Positions 13,524-28,503 of a stretch of DNA of 64,000 nucleotides are shown in pieces; the stretch's first letter is position 1, and every line of letters begins with the position of its first letter. A model generated the notes under the pieces. It did not search any database. It saw only the letters and a program-made list of their open reading frames with translations, and was not told where the DNA came from. Origin of the DNA: Octopus sinensis (Eukaryota); NCBI RefSeq assembly GCF_006345805.1, contig NC_043015.1, positions 25,048,001 to 25,112,000 of the forward strand. Direction: 5' to 3'. The translations under genes and the position numbers were made by a program.

Positions 13524-15982
13524 TGTATGTATGTATAATTTAATGTTCCTTTAAGATAGGATCAACAAAAAAGCACTCCTTCTAGTGAGAGATAAATATC
13601 ATTTAATATTCACTGTATTTACTCTATTTCAAATAGAACCCACCATGTGCTCTGAGCTTGAGGATTGCTTGGAGACACAAAGCCCATTATATAAATCTGC
13701 CTAATCACAATGTCTCTTTACAAGAAATTATTAGTAGCTCCTATTTTAAATACTGTGTACGTTAAATAATATATTTCCACACATCTGACAAGATAAATGC
13801 CTTTTCCCATACTTGCATGGCTGAGATGGAATTCAGTGTGGCAGGTTTTTAATGGCCAAATGCTCTTCCTGCCATCATCTCTTACCTGTTTCCAACTAAT
13901 ATTTTCTCATGGTTAAGTGTGTTTTCTCACAAAAGACTGGAAGCGAATGACATTATTTCTATGACAGTGATGTCCATTCAGAATCATCACATGTTGTCAA
14001 GACAAGGACATACATATACATTCACACGCACACACATTCATACACACATACATTCACACACACATACATTCACACACACATATATTCACACACACATGCA
14101 CACACATGCTACTTGCTTTGATCAGTTTCTGTCTATCAAATCCACTCAAAGCTTTAGTGGTCCCTGGGCTACAAAGGAAGTCAGGTGTCCATATGGTGAT
14201 GGAGTAAGCCTGAGATTGAACTTGAATATCTGGGAAACAAGCTTCTCAGTCACACAAACATGTCGGCCATGCTTAAAGGAATCACACATTTTGTAGTTTT
14301 ATGAATGTATGATTTCTCACACACAAAGACAAAAAGAGAAAATAAAAGCAGCAGGAGTAAACTTTTGTTATAGATCTCGACAACATGGCCCTGAGGGGTA
14401 TAAACCAACAACAGCAACAACAGCCACATGTGTGCATCAATGTGGATGCTTAAGATACCAGGAATCACAATGAAATTCACATCTTATTGCATTGTGATGC
14501 TTTAAAGGAGAAACTCATTGTATAATGTGATCAATGTTTTAATATATTTCTGGGGAAATGAATATCAGTGGAGGGTGTCATGGCTGGAAGGTCTTCAGTT
14601 CTTAATCATCTCGGTTATGGTTGACATGGGACAGATCCATAGCAAGAACAACAACATGTGTCACAAATATCTCCTACTGATATATATAGATTAAATGCTG
14701 AAGTGGCACCCACCAGCAACAACAACTATCAGAATATATTTATAATCTATATAGAAAAAATTAAACAGGAATGTGGGTCACATCCACAAGAAGAACAACA
14801 ACTATATCTGTCACAAATATTCTATCTATAATGATAAATTGAACTTTGAAGAAAAAATCTCAAGAATATTTATTTACTTCTCCAAGTTACTGTCTTCATA
14901 ACATAAGAGTGTGTGTATGTTTTAGCAGTGCCTGTTCTCTGTATGTGTTTGTGTATGTTCACGCTTACGTGTATTTCTTTGCATCATTGTATGAAGAAAT
15001 TGTCGGTGGATAGAAGGAAGAAAATCTCCTCTTATCCTAGAATTATTTTTATCCTATTACTCTTTCAGATATTATTACTCTGTCGTGACATTTTATTCCT
15101 GCAATCCACAATAACTGGCAGTCACTGTAATTGATTTTGCCTCGAGGTCCATTGGCAATAAATGCGACATAACATTTTGACTCGGTCATTCTGCTGACAT
15201 CACTATATAAAGATTCTAGTGAAAATTTCATAAAACTGTTCGGCTGACTTCGGTAAAGAGAAGAGCTAATATCATCCTTATAGTCATTAATTATTTTTGC
15301 AAAATCTATGGAGATCTAAGAAAATGAAAAATAGTCATTTCTTGGAATCAACATTTGTAGAAATGTAGAGAAATCTGTGGCTCTATGTTTAGAAACTTTC
15401 AGCTGACCTGGAAGAAATAGCAGTCAAACTGCACTCAAATTTCATACTACTATATTGAAAATATGGTAGTATGAAATCTAGATAGAAAGGGTGGCCATGG
15501 CTGGATAGCCTGCCTGATAAAGCTAACCAATGGCTAAACAACAAAAATAATTTAGATGGTTACTGTGTATTGGCTTTCTTTTTGTAAACATATGCATTTG
15601 TTCACGTCTGCTAATTGTGCAAATGTGTTGTCTATATTTTCATGTGATGCGTGTGCATATAGACATTCATGCTCAATATACTTTCATGTTTTGACACAAG
15701 GACAACTGTTTTAGTTGGGTGAGCAAGTTGATTCTATGCATCCTGGTGTTTGACTGGTAGCTTACTTTAGTGGCCCTGGAGGATGAAAAGCAAACTGACC
15801 TCAACAGAATTTGAACAGAGAATGTAAAGAATCAGAAGAAATACCACTCGGTATTTTGCACATGATGGTGATGCCTATGATTCCACCTGCTTACCACCTG
15901 ATTAACAATATGACCATACATATATACGCATATATATATTAAACTATAATAAACACAACCTTACAATATACACATATCTATA

Positions 15983-16015
<33 letters not shown>

Positions 16016-17907
16016 CTTTCCCTCTCTCTCTCTCTCTATTTATATATATATATATGTATGTATGTGTATATGTGTGTATGTATGTGTGTATATAAATTAT
16101 TGGAGTAGATGCAATTGACAGACATCATTAAAATCTCTTTGTCTTGTAAAATAAGAATATGTACCATGAAGTACATATTTTTGAAAGTCAATGCAATGAC
16201 AGAACAGAATTCTTAGACTCTTAGACACTTCCAAATAGGTATCTCATAACAATGTCTTCAAGTAGTAAATTTACATCATCCCATCCTTGGCCAATGTCCC
16301 AGCCTTAGGATATCTCTTGGTTTTTTTTTTAGTCACCTATTTCATATAGTATTCTCTCAATGACTCGTTATTGTTGTCACCATCATTTCATGTCTATCTT
16401 CCTTGCTGGCTTGGATGGTTTGACAGGGTCTGATGAACACATCACAGCTCTGATGTCTGTTTGGCATGGTTTTTATGGCTGTATGACCTTCCTATTAACA
16501 ACCACTTTACTTAAGTATACTGGGTACTTTTTCCATGGCACTGACAATAACGAGGCCACCAAGCAACTCAGAGGGCCATGGAGGTGGCTTTATGCCTGGT
16601 GTTGAAATATTAAAGTGTGACAGAGCACGAGGAACAAGCATCTCACTTGTACTTTGTCTTCAAATGCTACCAAAGCCCCTTCATCTCATTCTATCTATTC
16701 TTCTTTCTTCTGTTCTTCAGTCACATTTTCTGATCGTTTTGTTGCTCTTTGTCTAAGAACCACATTTGTCTTACTATTTTTTTTTTGGGGGGGGGGTCCT
16801 CAATCTCATTACCAACTATTGCTGTTCTTCACATTCCTGGCTTAATATCTTCTGTTATTATAGTATTTCAAGAGGGTCGTTAAAAATACACACATTGGTT
16901 ATGTTTCAATTCAGTTGTATTACTAATCAATAAGATAATTAATTAATTAGCCTGTCAAAGTCCTTCACCAATGTTTTCTTCTTAAGCACCTCTTTCTTTT
17001 CAACACATTGTATATTTGCTGTTCATCTCACTGATTTTGTGATCTATTCCATTTCGTTTTGCAGACTAGTCTACTTATCTGATGTTCTGTAGTCTACTTG
17101 TGCTTTGAATCTATACTTTCTTCATTTACATCTTCCAACCTTCGCATGAGTCTCTCTTCATCTTAAAGCCATCTCTTCTGAGTACCATAAGCATTTCTTG
17201 AAATTATCTGAGCCAATGTCTTTGAGCATCAGGGAATATGTCATTCTATTGTGTCTACAATTTGACTTGATTTATAGAACCTCATAAATTCTACCTTTGC
17301 AGTACATCATCCTTCCTACTCCACCAAACTCCATTCCTTCTCCATTCCATGTCTGTAAACAAGTTTATATATTTTATCCTTTTTAAGCATTTCATTTTTA
17401 TTAATTTTCTTATCTTTTTTTGTCTTTTTAACATTTTGCTATGATTTCTCCTTATAATCCATTAATCCTGAGCTTTGCTTCATCAGATCTCTTGCTGTCA
17501 AAAATGACAAAAATACTTTGTAATTTTTCACTTCCAAAATAAATGTTTTGATGTGCCATATTTTCTGGAAATTAACAAACAGTAAAGAAGAATTCTTGCT
17601 TTTTGTGTGTATCTCACATGCCCTTTGCTCTAAATAAAATGGATTTGTTCTTATAATTATCAGATGTATATGTGTATTGATATGTGTGTGTGTGTGTGTG
17701 TGGGTTTATATATGTATGCATGTGTGTATGTATGTATGTATGTATGTATGTTGTATGTATGTATGTATGTATGTATGTATGTATGTATGTATGTATGTAT
17801 GTATGTATGTATGTATATATATATATTATATATATATATATGTAACACACACAAATACATATACACGCATATGACTGTGTGTGTGTGTTTATGTATGTAT
17901 GTATGTA

Positions 17908-17945
<38 letters not shown>

Positions 17946-18499
17946 ACACACACACAGAGACGCATACACACACAAAACATATACTTGCATATGACTGTGT
18001 GTGTATGACTGTACTGAGACGGGTATTACTTGCATTTTACTCAGAACTTTGCCAATGTTGTGTTCAGTGGTCACATGATGAATGACGCACTCAAAATCTC
18101 TGAGTAAGCGCAGTTGTAACCTCAACACCAAAATAAATATACATTCTGATTCTTAGCTAGGAATATTTTCCTCTTTTCTCCATAAAATCAAATGTTATAT
18201 ATTAATAGAAAATAGAAAATAAGAAAATAAGAATGAAACAGAAAAAGTTAAAAGTTCATGATGAAATTCTACAAAGTAGAAACGAAGAACCATATTCCTG
18301 TATGAAAGTGGATTTGCTATAATAAAATTCCAGTATAGAAAGCGAACGCTTCACAAATTCCATAACCAATGGAATATGTGGAGAAAGTTTAGAGACTGTT
18401 GTGAAATGGAATAATATGTGACATTTTATCTGACTAAGCAATTTCCTGGTTTTTACAAGTCTGACAGTGCCACATGAAAGAAAATCCATACATACACTC

Positions 18500-18606
<107 letters not shown>

Positions 18607-19808
18607 TTAAATACATGTTTGTATATATATATATATAATATATATATATATATATGTATATATTGATAGATACACACACACATATATATGAATCTATGTG
18701 TATGTGAATAAGCATATATGCATATATGCATATATATATATATGTGTATGCATAATATGTGTATGCGAAGGCACACAACGTCTTTTAGTACATTCTTATA
18801 CCAAGGACCAAAACAAAATAAATTCCGAAAGAAAAGCGGAAAAAAAAAAGAGCAAATGAAAAGCAGTTTTATTCTGAAAATGAATATATTTTTAACAATT
18901 TTATTTTTCTATTTCTGAAAGACTGTAATGAATTACTGACATGCTTAGTGGAAGCGAACAGCAGGGGCTGCCTCTGCACATGCATACACATGCAACTAGC
19001 TTTTAGAATACACATGCAAACCATTTTCACACACAACCATTTACAAATCTCTGTATCCACAAGCAAAGTCTTATATAAATTTACACTCTTACGCTTGCAC
19101 ACACATGCAACTGCACATGCATTCATTCTTATGCACACACACACACACACACAGTCATACATAAAGGTATGTATGGTAGTTCTTAACATAAACATATTTC
19201 TAAGAAAAGAGTTAATATTTGGAATAGATGAGATTGTGAGAATTCCTTGTTAACCTTTGATCGACGGTACCAAATCTTTAGAGAATCTGTAGAGATTATT
19301 GTCTTAGATGATACCCAGTCTTTTACAGCTCTATGGCACCACTGTAAGCTGAAGTAAGGACACCGTGTGTGTGTGTGTGCATGTGTAAGAGTCAAAATCT
19401 GTGCATGTGAATGGATTTTATTTCATATCTATAGTCAAATGAAAGTATGTGGCCCAGTGCTTGGGGCGTTGCACTCATGATTGCCATGGGTTCAAATACT
19501 GGAGTGGGCCGCATACTGTGTTCCTTAGCAAAAATCACTTCATTTTCCATTGCACTGGTGCCATGTGGAAACTGGCATGTCAAAGAATACACCCAGCATT
19601 TCCTCTGCATGCTATAAAAGTTGACTGAAAGAGGTTGGGGTAAGACATGCACTCTGACCTTGTAAGACCCCTCTCTCGCAATGACCACCCAAACAGAGCC
19701 ATGAGTTGGAGGGTTGTTGCCTGAGTGATGCAAAGGTGTTATGTGCTAAGAGAAGAATCACCAAGAAATGGTGCATGCAGCAACACATTGTTACAGCACA
19801 TTACCCCA

Positions 19809-19809
<1 letters not shown>

Positions 19810-19850
<41 letters not shown>

Positions 19851-19865
19851 GTCTACTTCTGCTGC

Positions 19866-19896
<31 letters not shown>

Positions 19897-19917
19897 ACTA
19901 CTGCAACTACTGCTACT
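19810..19917. repeat. Compound (CTA)n-(CTG)n trinucleotide repeat
   Basis: Direct reading of the sequence. Confidence 0.95.
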
Positions 19918-22900
19918 ATATAATCATGTAAGAATTTTTGCTTCATGACAGTTTAAAAAGAATCTCCAAGTAACAGGGTCACTAAATAAACACTCAAGCC
20001 TTTTTGTAATGAATAAACACAATTATAAAAATGTTTAAAATAATGGACCTTTATTCTAGTTCTTCACATTTGATTTCAAATCCTACTGAGATCAGTTTTG
20101 ATTTTTGTCCTTCATGGGCTATAATCATCCTCGTAGGTTTAAGGTCCACTTTTTTGTGTTTGCAAGGGTTTGACAAAATTTCCTGGAGAAAAACTTTCTA
20201 TGATTGGATGCCCTTCCTATTGCTAACCCTTACTTGTTTCTCAGCAATAGAATATTTCCCTGAAACCAGAAATGTTTTTTTTTTACAGAAAACTGGAAAT
20301 GAACAACACTCCTAGCTTGTACGAAGATAATGGTCATTTACAGCCACCATATTATATCCAGATATGGGTACACACACACACACACACACACTCACATGTA
20401 CATCTATATAAGTAGATAGACGTTTCTGTGTGTATATAAATGTGTGTGTATGTACACACACACATATGCACACACACACACACACACACAACAAACAGAC
20501 TTCTTTCAGTTTCCATCATTTCAATCTACTCACAAGGCTTTGGTCAGCCTAGAGCTATAGTAGAGGACACTTGCAGAGAATGCCCTATGGTGGGACTGAC
20601 CCCATGACCACATTGTTGCTCCCAAACCACCACAGCCATACCTTCACTTGCACAGTCACTAATAAATTTATAATTTCGGATATTACAATTGGACAAGATA
20701 CCTTGTGGTAATCGTTCTGGCTCTTTTCTTTCTGAATTCGAATCCCATCATGTCCCACTTTGTCGCAGCACATGACTACCTGACCTTTAGGTACCTAAAG
20801 TGGGGGAGTCTATTATGTGATAAGCACCTGTGTTAAGTCTCCAGCTTGAGAATTCTTTCCCCTCATCAGTCTTGGAGGTTCCTGTAAATAGTAAAGGGCA
20901 ATGAAGTTATTCCTTACTCAGTCCCATCACCCCATATGAAACACAGGCTACCAGCGACTTTTCTCTCCCATTAATTATCTCTGGACTCCCATTTCTGCTT
21001 CTCTGCGATTGGTTCTTTGATGTTTCCTTGCAGCTTCTTTACAGATTTTGCTGCACCAGTGGCATAGTTAGAATTAGTGCCACCCAGCGTTGACCTTCAG
21101 TTTTCTGTTCCTCCCAGGCCCCACTAGCCTACACAGGTTTATACAGCACACTCAAATGTACCACCCCAAAAAAGTGTGACTTGGGGTAAACCATACCCAT
21201 CAGTACCCTTGTGTAGTATGGCAGTCATATGTTTCCCTGAAGGAAAGCCTTCTTCTTTTTCAGGTGTTGTTGGTTTAAAATTGTCACCAATGCTTCTGTA
21301 ACTGTTCTTTATTCTAGACAGGAGCACTGGCCTAACACAAGCTCATTTCTATTTCTGCAAAGAGGTGGTCTCTATTGCTCTGTTCTCTTTTCCTTAACTT
21401 GTGTTTAGCATGTGATGCACTACCAGCAGCTTTTACTCTGCTACCAGAGCTCTCAGAGTTAGTGAGGCATATGAACTGCCACATCACAACAAATATTGGA
21501 CATGGTGATGGCATTCTTATTTATTCAGCTGTAAAACAGTGCCTTGGTAATGATTGACATTTTCTGTAATTCAGAGGCCAGTTGATGTCTCACAATGCAA
21601 AGTGTAACTGGGTCCATTTAAGGATTATGTTAAAGGATAAAGCCTTGCCAGTCAAACAATCACCCATTTCTGTGTCTTTACAATAAGCAGATCAAACAAC
21701 TAGAACCTGCATTTGTCATATTTCAAACTACATACCATCCATTTATTCACATGTGCTATGAATTATCTGTCCATCTTTCACCAATTTGGTTATTTATTCT
21801 GGAATCCCAGTGCAATTGTTTTACAATATATCAAACCTGCACAAAACTATATCAAAAATATCTTTAAAATTGTGAAAAAGAAATAATCAAAACTAGAGGG
21901 AAATATATCTTTCGAAAGAATTCATACAAAATATTCCTTATATCAGTGCAATTTGTGATTCAAACACGAATTTTACACAATCAGGATGAGAAATTGATGT
22001 CGTTTTGATTCACTACCATCTAACTTTTAACAGGAAATGATTCCTACTAATAGCTCTGCTAGCTGGCAGGAAATATAATGTAGAGTGTAATTTTAGGATA
22101 ACGCCGAATTTACAACTCTCACTTATCAGTGAAAATTCTAAAGAATAAGTAACAGAAATACATCAAATATTTAAATTGCTGCAAAAATGATTATTGGCAA
22201 AAGAACTTTTACATTGACAGTGTTGAAATAATGATGTAAAATTAGAAATTATTGTTAGAATTCTTTTCTAAAGAAATTTCAACATTGTCTCCACACAAAT
22301 AACAGAATCCAATATATATATATATATATATTTATGTACATACACAAATACACAAACATACATACACACAAGTGAATGTATGCGTACATACATACATAAC
22401 CATACACAAATATACATCTATACATGCACATAGATACACACATAGATGCGTCTGATTTATATTTTGCCCACACACGTGCATACACATAAGCTTATATTTA
22501 ACGTACAAAATACGAAATATTTGGTGAGTATAGTCTTCACCCCAGCCCCAACTTAATATTTCCACTTATTGAATCATCTTAAAGAAGCAAGTTGTCAGCA
22601 GCTGTAAAATGGTAATTGAAGAACTACGTTTTATTTCAAATTTCTCACTTCCAAGCACAAATCCAACTGAAGGTTGACTTTTATTTCAATGAGTCCACAA
22701 GGAACAATATGTATTCTCTTGATTCCCACAAAACTGTAGCCAAATTTCTTTTATTTTTGATTTCTTTTACTCATTTCCTTGTGTAAGTCATTGTACTGTG
22801 GTCATACTGTGTCTGACTTAGTTCTTAGGGAATTGATTTAAGTTTTTCAGTGAAAGAACAGCAGAGGAAATGGTTATGGAGAGATTGACAGAGGAACTCA

Positions 22901-23222
22901 ACAAAGACTTATGCATCTGTTATTGAGAGACATTCTCATAATCATTCGAAAAGATAAGAAAATCAGTAAAAATACACACATATATATAATAATGCCAATC
23001 CAGAAACCTGTGTATGTGAGTCCAAATTCTCAAATGTATGCTGAAAGATTGTCTTAGCCCATTTGTCTTTGGGCAGTTGATTTCTGTGGTTATCATCAGT
23101 GTATTTTGATAATTTAAATAAGCATTTTGACTGTTATTTCCAGCATGTAGAAATACTTAGTATGTCATTTGATTAATCATATATATATATATCAAAATAA
23201 GCAAGAAGAATATTCAGTGGTA

Positions 23223-23311
23223 ATGCAGTACGAACGTTTCATGTGTCTCCATTTAATTGAACAATGCAAATATTACATCAATTTAAAATGTAGAGCAATC
23301 TTCGGCTGCAT
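23223..23311 (-). ncRNA. Mutated hammerhead copy in the left arm of a palindrome
   Basis: Minus strand reads ATGCAG-CCGAAGA-...-GAAAC-GTTC-GTA-CTGCAT: same fold as 23340-23428 but with U4->C and a changed stem III loop. Confidence 0.65.
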
Positions 23312-23339
23312 AAAAATATAGAATTTAGTAAAATTCCAT

Positions 23340-23428
23340 ATGCAGCTGAAGATTGCTCTACATTTTAAATTGATGTAATATTTGTATTGTTCAATTAAAT
23401 GGAGTCGCATGAAACAATTGTACTGCAT
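23340..23428 (+). ncRNA. Type I hammerhead ribozyme in the right arm of a palindrome
   Basis: Stem I ATGCAG/CTGCAT (6 bp). CTGAAGA at 23346-23352. Long bulged stem II (TGC/GCA, CATTT/AAATG) closed by U.U. GAAAC at 23411-23415. Palindromic ACAATTGT stem III. GTA triplet ending at 23422. Confidence 0.8.
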
Positions 23429-23548
23429 TACCTCTGGATATCCTTGTTGCTTATTTTGATTATAATCACCACATTTTGAATTGTATGGCTAATACCATAC
23501 TAAATTCTGGTGCCTTTAACTTAAGTACCATATTCAAATGAATATATA

Positions 23549-23620
<72 letters not shown>

Positions 23621-24055
23621 TGTATGTATGTATGTATGTGTGTCATCATCATCATCATTGTCTTAACATTCATCTTCTAATGCAGAACGGTTGACAGGAG
23701 CTGGTCAGGTAGAAAAACTACTCTAGGTTACCGTGTCTGTTTTGGTAAGGATTTTACAGCTGGATGCCCTTCCTAACACCAACCACTCTGTAGAGTGGAC
23801 TCAGTGCTTTTTACATGGCACTAGCACAGGTGATGTTAATTTTGTCATGATATTTACTGCTGAATGCCCTTCGAGACGCCAACCAGATGCTTTTAATGTG
23901 GCACTAGCGCTGGCAGGGTAACCAATTAATTTGCAATATATTTATATTCATACACACACATACACACATATATATTGATATATATATATTTACTTTTATG
24001 AATATATATATGTGTTTTTGTGTGTGTATATATATGTATATATATGCGTATGTAT

Positions 24056-24086
<31 letters not shown>

Positions 24087-24615
24087 CAGTGGTGGACTGG
24101 CAAGTTTGCCAGCTTGCCCACTGACAAGTGGGCTCCTTCACCATTAGAATCCATATATGGGGTCCATGTTAGTATCTAAGGGGCCCATCCCCTCAAGTTT
24201 GAGAATTTTTTATTCACTCCTGGAAGAATGCATTATTTCAGCCTGGCTATGTTTGTAGACAGTTGAAAAGAATACTTTTAACAACAAATAAAAAAATTAA
24301 ATTAAAGCATTGTAGTTGCAGGTGGTCCCCCTTAGTCTCCTGGCAACCAATATTTTTAGATCCAATCCAACACTGTATATATATATATATACACACGTCC
24401 AAACCTCTCATACGCACTAATACTCTCTCATACACACACACACACACCCTTATGTTGGAGCTGGTCACTCAACCCTATTATCTCCCCTAATTTCGTTCTC
24501 GCGTCTCATGTTTGATCTTTGACTTCTGGCCGAAATCAGATCGCCATGTTGGTTCGTTAGTTACTGCACGCATTTTTTTTCTCTCCTTCTTTCTGTGTTT
24601 TTTTCTCTCTGTGTA

Positions 24616-24653
24616 TCTTTCTGTTGAAGAGCGTAGGCTCGAAACATTAAAGA
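24616..24653 (+). ncRNA. Variant hammerhead-like motif (CTGTTGA core)
   Basis: TCTTT-CTGTTGA-A-GAG-cgtagg-CTC-GAAAC-ATT-AAAGA. Stems I and II pair perfectly, but the core has A6->U and the G before the cleavage site is A. Confidence 0.45.
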
Positions 24654-25301
24654 CTTGTTTTATTTATATTTCCTGAGCGCCATACTAATACAATTGTTTG
24701 TTTGTTTTCCACCTGCCTTCGTCTTTTGTCTATTTTCATAAAGCTTCCCGTTATATATATATATATGTGTGTGTGTGTATGTATGTATGTATGTATGTAT
24801 GTATGTATGTATATTTGTATATATATATATGTATGTATGTATATATTCAGACATATATACATACTACTTTACATGGTAACAAATGACGTTTGGCAACAGG
24901 TAGGGCATCTGGTTGTAGAAAACAAAATTTTGTCAGACCCATACAAGCAGAGAAAAGTGGGCACTAAATGGTGTACATACATCATGTACATACAAATACA
25001 CCCCTCATACCCACACACACTGATACACAGACACAATCACACACATATATGACATACACATACACATACATATGTCCAAATAATGTATGTGTGAGTAATT
25101 TATAAATTTTGTTTTTCAATTTCCTCTAAAAGTTAGGTTATGTTGTGTGATGAGGTCATGGTTGGAGCAGAGGTGTTGAGAGAAAAGAAGGAAATTTGGT
25201 AAATTAGATTTTAGGAGAAATATTTACTGAATTAATGAGTGTCTGGTGGGACGCCAGTGGAAGTGGAATGTTATTTTGATTGATGGTTCTTTTAAACCAA
25301 T

Positions 25302-25332
<31 letters not shown>

Positions 25333-25496
25333 GAACCAACATTGTGCACAAGTGCTGGTGTTCTTCATGCTATTTTCAAAAATGTTCATTTTAATATCAA
25401 TATTGGTATGCATTAAGCAGCAAACATTGTTTTTAAATATGTTTTGATAGATTAACAGATTCAAAAGATGCCGGCTTCCACTAATGCTGCTGCTGC

Positions 25497-25537
<41 letters not shown>

Positions 25538-27151
25538 TTTATTTTTATTATTATTATTATTCCACCTCCTCTAAAAAATAAATTTTCATTGAAATCTTAC
25601 TATGATAGATTTATGTTTGAAGAAAACAAATATTAACCTCAAACTATATCAATGTTTCGTTTAGTGTTGTTGTTTTTGCTGCTGGAATTGCTTTTGTCAT
25701 TGCTACCATTCTTTAGCACCATCTCAACTCAGACTAAAATGATCACGTGTTCAGTTTCAAAAGAAACTCCAGCCATGACCATCCTGTCATTTTTTGCTCT
25801 CCACAAAGATTTGTGTAATGAACTGTAAAGGATTGGGTTATTAATTTTAGCAGGTCAATCATCTGCATAAAATTTCATTTGTTGTTGCTGATGCTTAATC
25901 CTTGTCATTCTACATTAAAGTGGACTTAAAAGCCTAGGCATTCCATCCATGGCTATCCTGTATGACTACATAATCCTAATTGACCTTCTATATTTGTTTT
26001 CTTTAGACAATAAAGCAATCATCTTCAAATGGTGCATTGTGGAACACTTATGCGTCACAATGTTTATCTGTGTCTGCCAAACCTTTTTAACATACAGAAA
26101 TTTGCAGGCATTCCATACTAATGGCTGAGCATCTTGGAAAACATTTAATTTGGTTTTCCTCTCTGAAGATGTATCTAGGTATATCTTGTGATGAAGCTGG
26201 ACACATCAGTCATGATTTCTGGAGTTTTGAGTCAATTGGACACCCTTGCTCAAGCATAAGAGAATTGAAAAATATTATGCATTATCAACGATATTTTCTG
26301 GAGTCGTTTGGTGTTTTAAGTCATTCAACAACCAAACACTGTAGAATCAACAAAACAGAAGAAGCAATACATTTTAAAATTTATTAATAATATGATTGAT
26401 AATAGAGCTTAAGAAATAGTTTCCAAAACTTGATTTTTAAAAATATGATTAATCATTTATCTTTTTTTATATTATTGAAAATTATTCAATTTAAAATATG
26501 TTTAAAAAAAATGGTAAGCAGTAATTTAGAAAAGATAGAATAATCTTTCTAAATTTTTCTACTTTTCCTGCAGTGTGTTCATAACGTTTTGTTTTATCAT
26601 ATGCTTCATCAATATTCATCACCACAAAAACCAGCATCTGCCATGTCATCATCCTCATTTAACATCCATCTTCTATGATGCCATAAATAGGACAGGTCAA
26701 CAGGATCAGATAAATTACAGGATTGTGTTATGTTCCAGTGACTAGGTTGGCATGGTTTCAATGAGTAGATGTTCTTCAGAACACCAACTATTTTACAATG
26801 TTACAGGGTGGTTTTCTTTTTCTTGTGGTACCATCAGTAGAGAAGGTTGCCTCATAACTTGCAATTTTAAGAGCCTAAAGTGGTCTGTATACTTAAGGGA
26901 GACCATAAGAGAATGAGTGATGGCTCTAGGCAGAATGATAATCAAACAACTTCTCTCTAAGCTCTAAGTGCACCAGCTATATAAGCAAATCCTAAGTAAA
27001 AGATGCATAGCTGCACATGTAAATGCCTTTGAAAGTCAATAATGACACATTGGTAAAGGCTATTTTATGATATATTAGTATTAAGGCTTTACTGAAAATA
27101 TTATATACACACAGGTGTGTCTCTATATACATATATATGTATGTATATGTA

Positions 27152-27213
<62 letters not shown>

Positions 27214-28467
27214 TACATATGTGGGTACAAGACGTCACCAACAGTAAACAACATGAAATACGAAAACAAATGAGTTCAATACACAAACAACAAGAGAAAT
27301 AAATAGAAAACAGGACAAGTAACATAAAGAACGACTTTTCATCCATTGTTGGCTGTCTATCTACTTCTCATTTCGAGCATCGAATGACAATATGAGTTTT
27401 CGAAGACAGTTGCTCCTGTAAATACCAATATAAAATTTGAGATTTATGGAGGGTCAAAGTTGGGAACAAAAAAAGGACAGTGGAGACATACAAGGAAACC
27501 GAACGAAAACAAACATGGAGGGTCGTTAGACCAGAACGAGGGTAAAATAGCGAATGCTGGAGAAATATTTTCTTTGAAAGGAGGAAAGATAGAAGAGAGA
27601 GCTTTAACATCCACTTTTCCATGTTTTCAAATGCTTGATGAAGTTCATTGAGGCAGATTTTCTATGCCTGAATAACCTTCTTGTTATCAACCCTCACCTG
27701 TTTGAAATCAAGATAATATTTCCCTATGCCAAGATATGATTCTGCAGAATATTAGAAATGAACAACATAGCTTGTTTGACAGTGGAACTTATTTACATCT
27801 ATCATGCAATTCTGGCACTGCCATCAGTTATGGCAACAAAGGTTCCAGTTGATCTGATCAACCGAACAGATTGCTCATAAAATTAATGTGCAAGTGACTG
27901 AGTACTCCACAGACATGCATACCCTAAATGTAGTTCTGAGTGAGATTCAGCATGACATAGAATGTGACATGGCTGGCCCTTTGGAATACAAATATAACTC
28001 ATTTTTGCCAGCTGAGAGGACTGGAGCAACATGAAATAAAGAGTCTTTGCTCAAGGACATGCTGTGCTGCAGGAAATTGAACTCATGACCTTACAATCAT
28101 GATCCAAATATGCTAACCTCTAAGCAACATGCCTTCTCCATCATGCAATATCAAGATGAGGAGACACAAAAATACACACTCACAGAGACATACATGTGCA
28201 TGTGCGCACACACTCATGAGGGGCTTCTTTTAGTTTCCATTTACCAAGTCTATTGACAAAGCTTTGGTCAGTTGGCGGGGGATGTAGAAGACAACTGACC
28301 AAGGTGACACTTGCCATGCAGTGGTACTGAACCTAACTCCACACCTATGGCTATATTACAGAACCAAATTCTTAACCACTTTACCATTCCTACATCCATT
28401 TCACTCAAACACATTTCCATGCACACACAGACATACATGCTTTAGAATACATACATATATAGAAAGT

Positions 28468-28503
<36 letters not shown>

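Larger units (their letters stand above)
23191..23460. repeat. Long palindrome, 122-bp arms, carrying two outward-facing hammerheads
   Basis: 23191-23312 is the reverse complement of 23339-23460 at about 90% identity; 26-nt spacer; preceded by an (AT)n run. Confidence 0.95.

Noticed and set aside
16885-16975. Minus-strand CATTGG...GAAAC..CCAATG hammerhead-like spacing
   Set aside because: Core reads GTGAAGG and lacks the GUH triplet; too degenerate to call.
26121-26387. 88-aa plus-strand ORF in unique sequence
   Set aside because: No homology cue or splice support.
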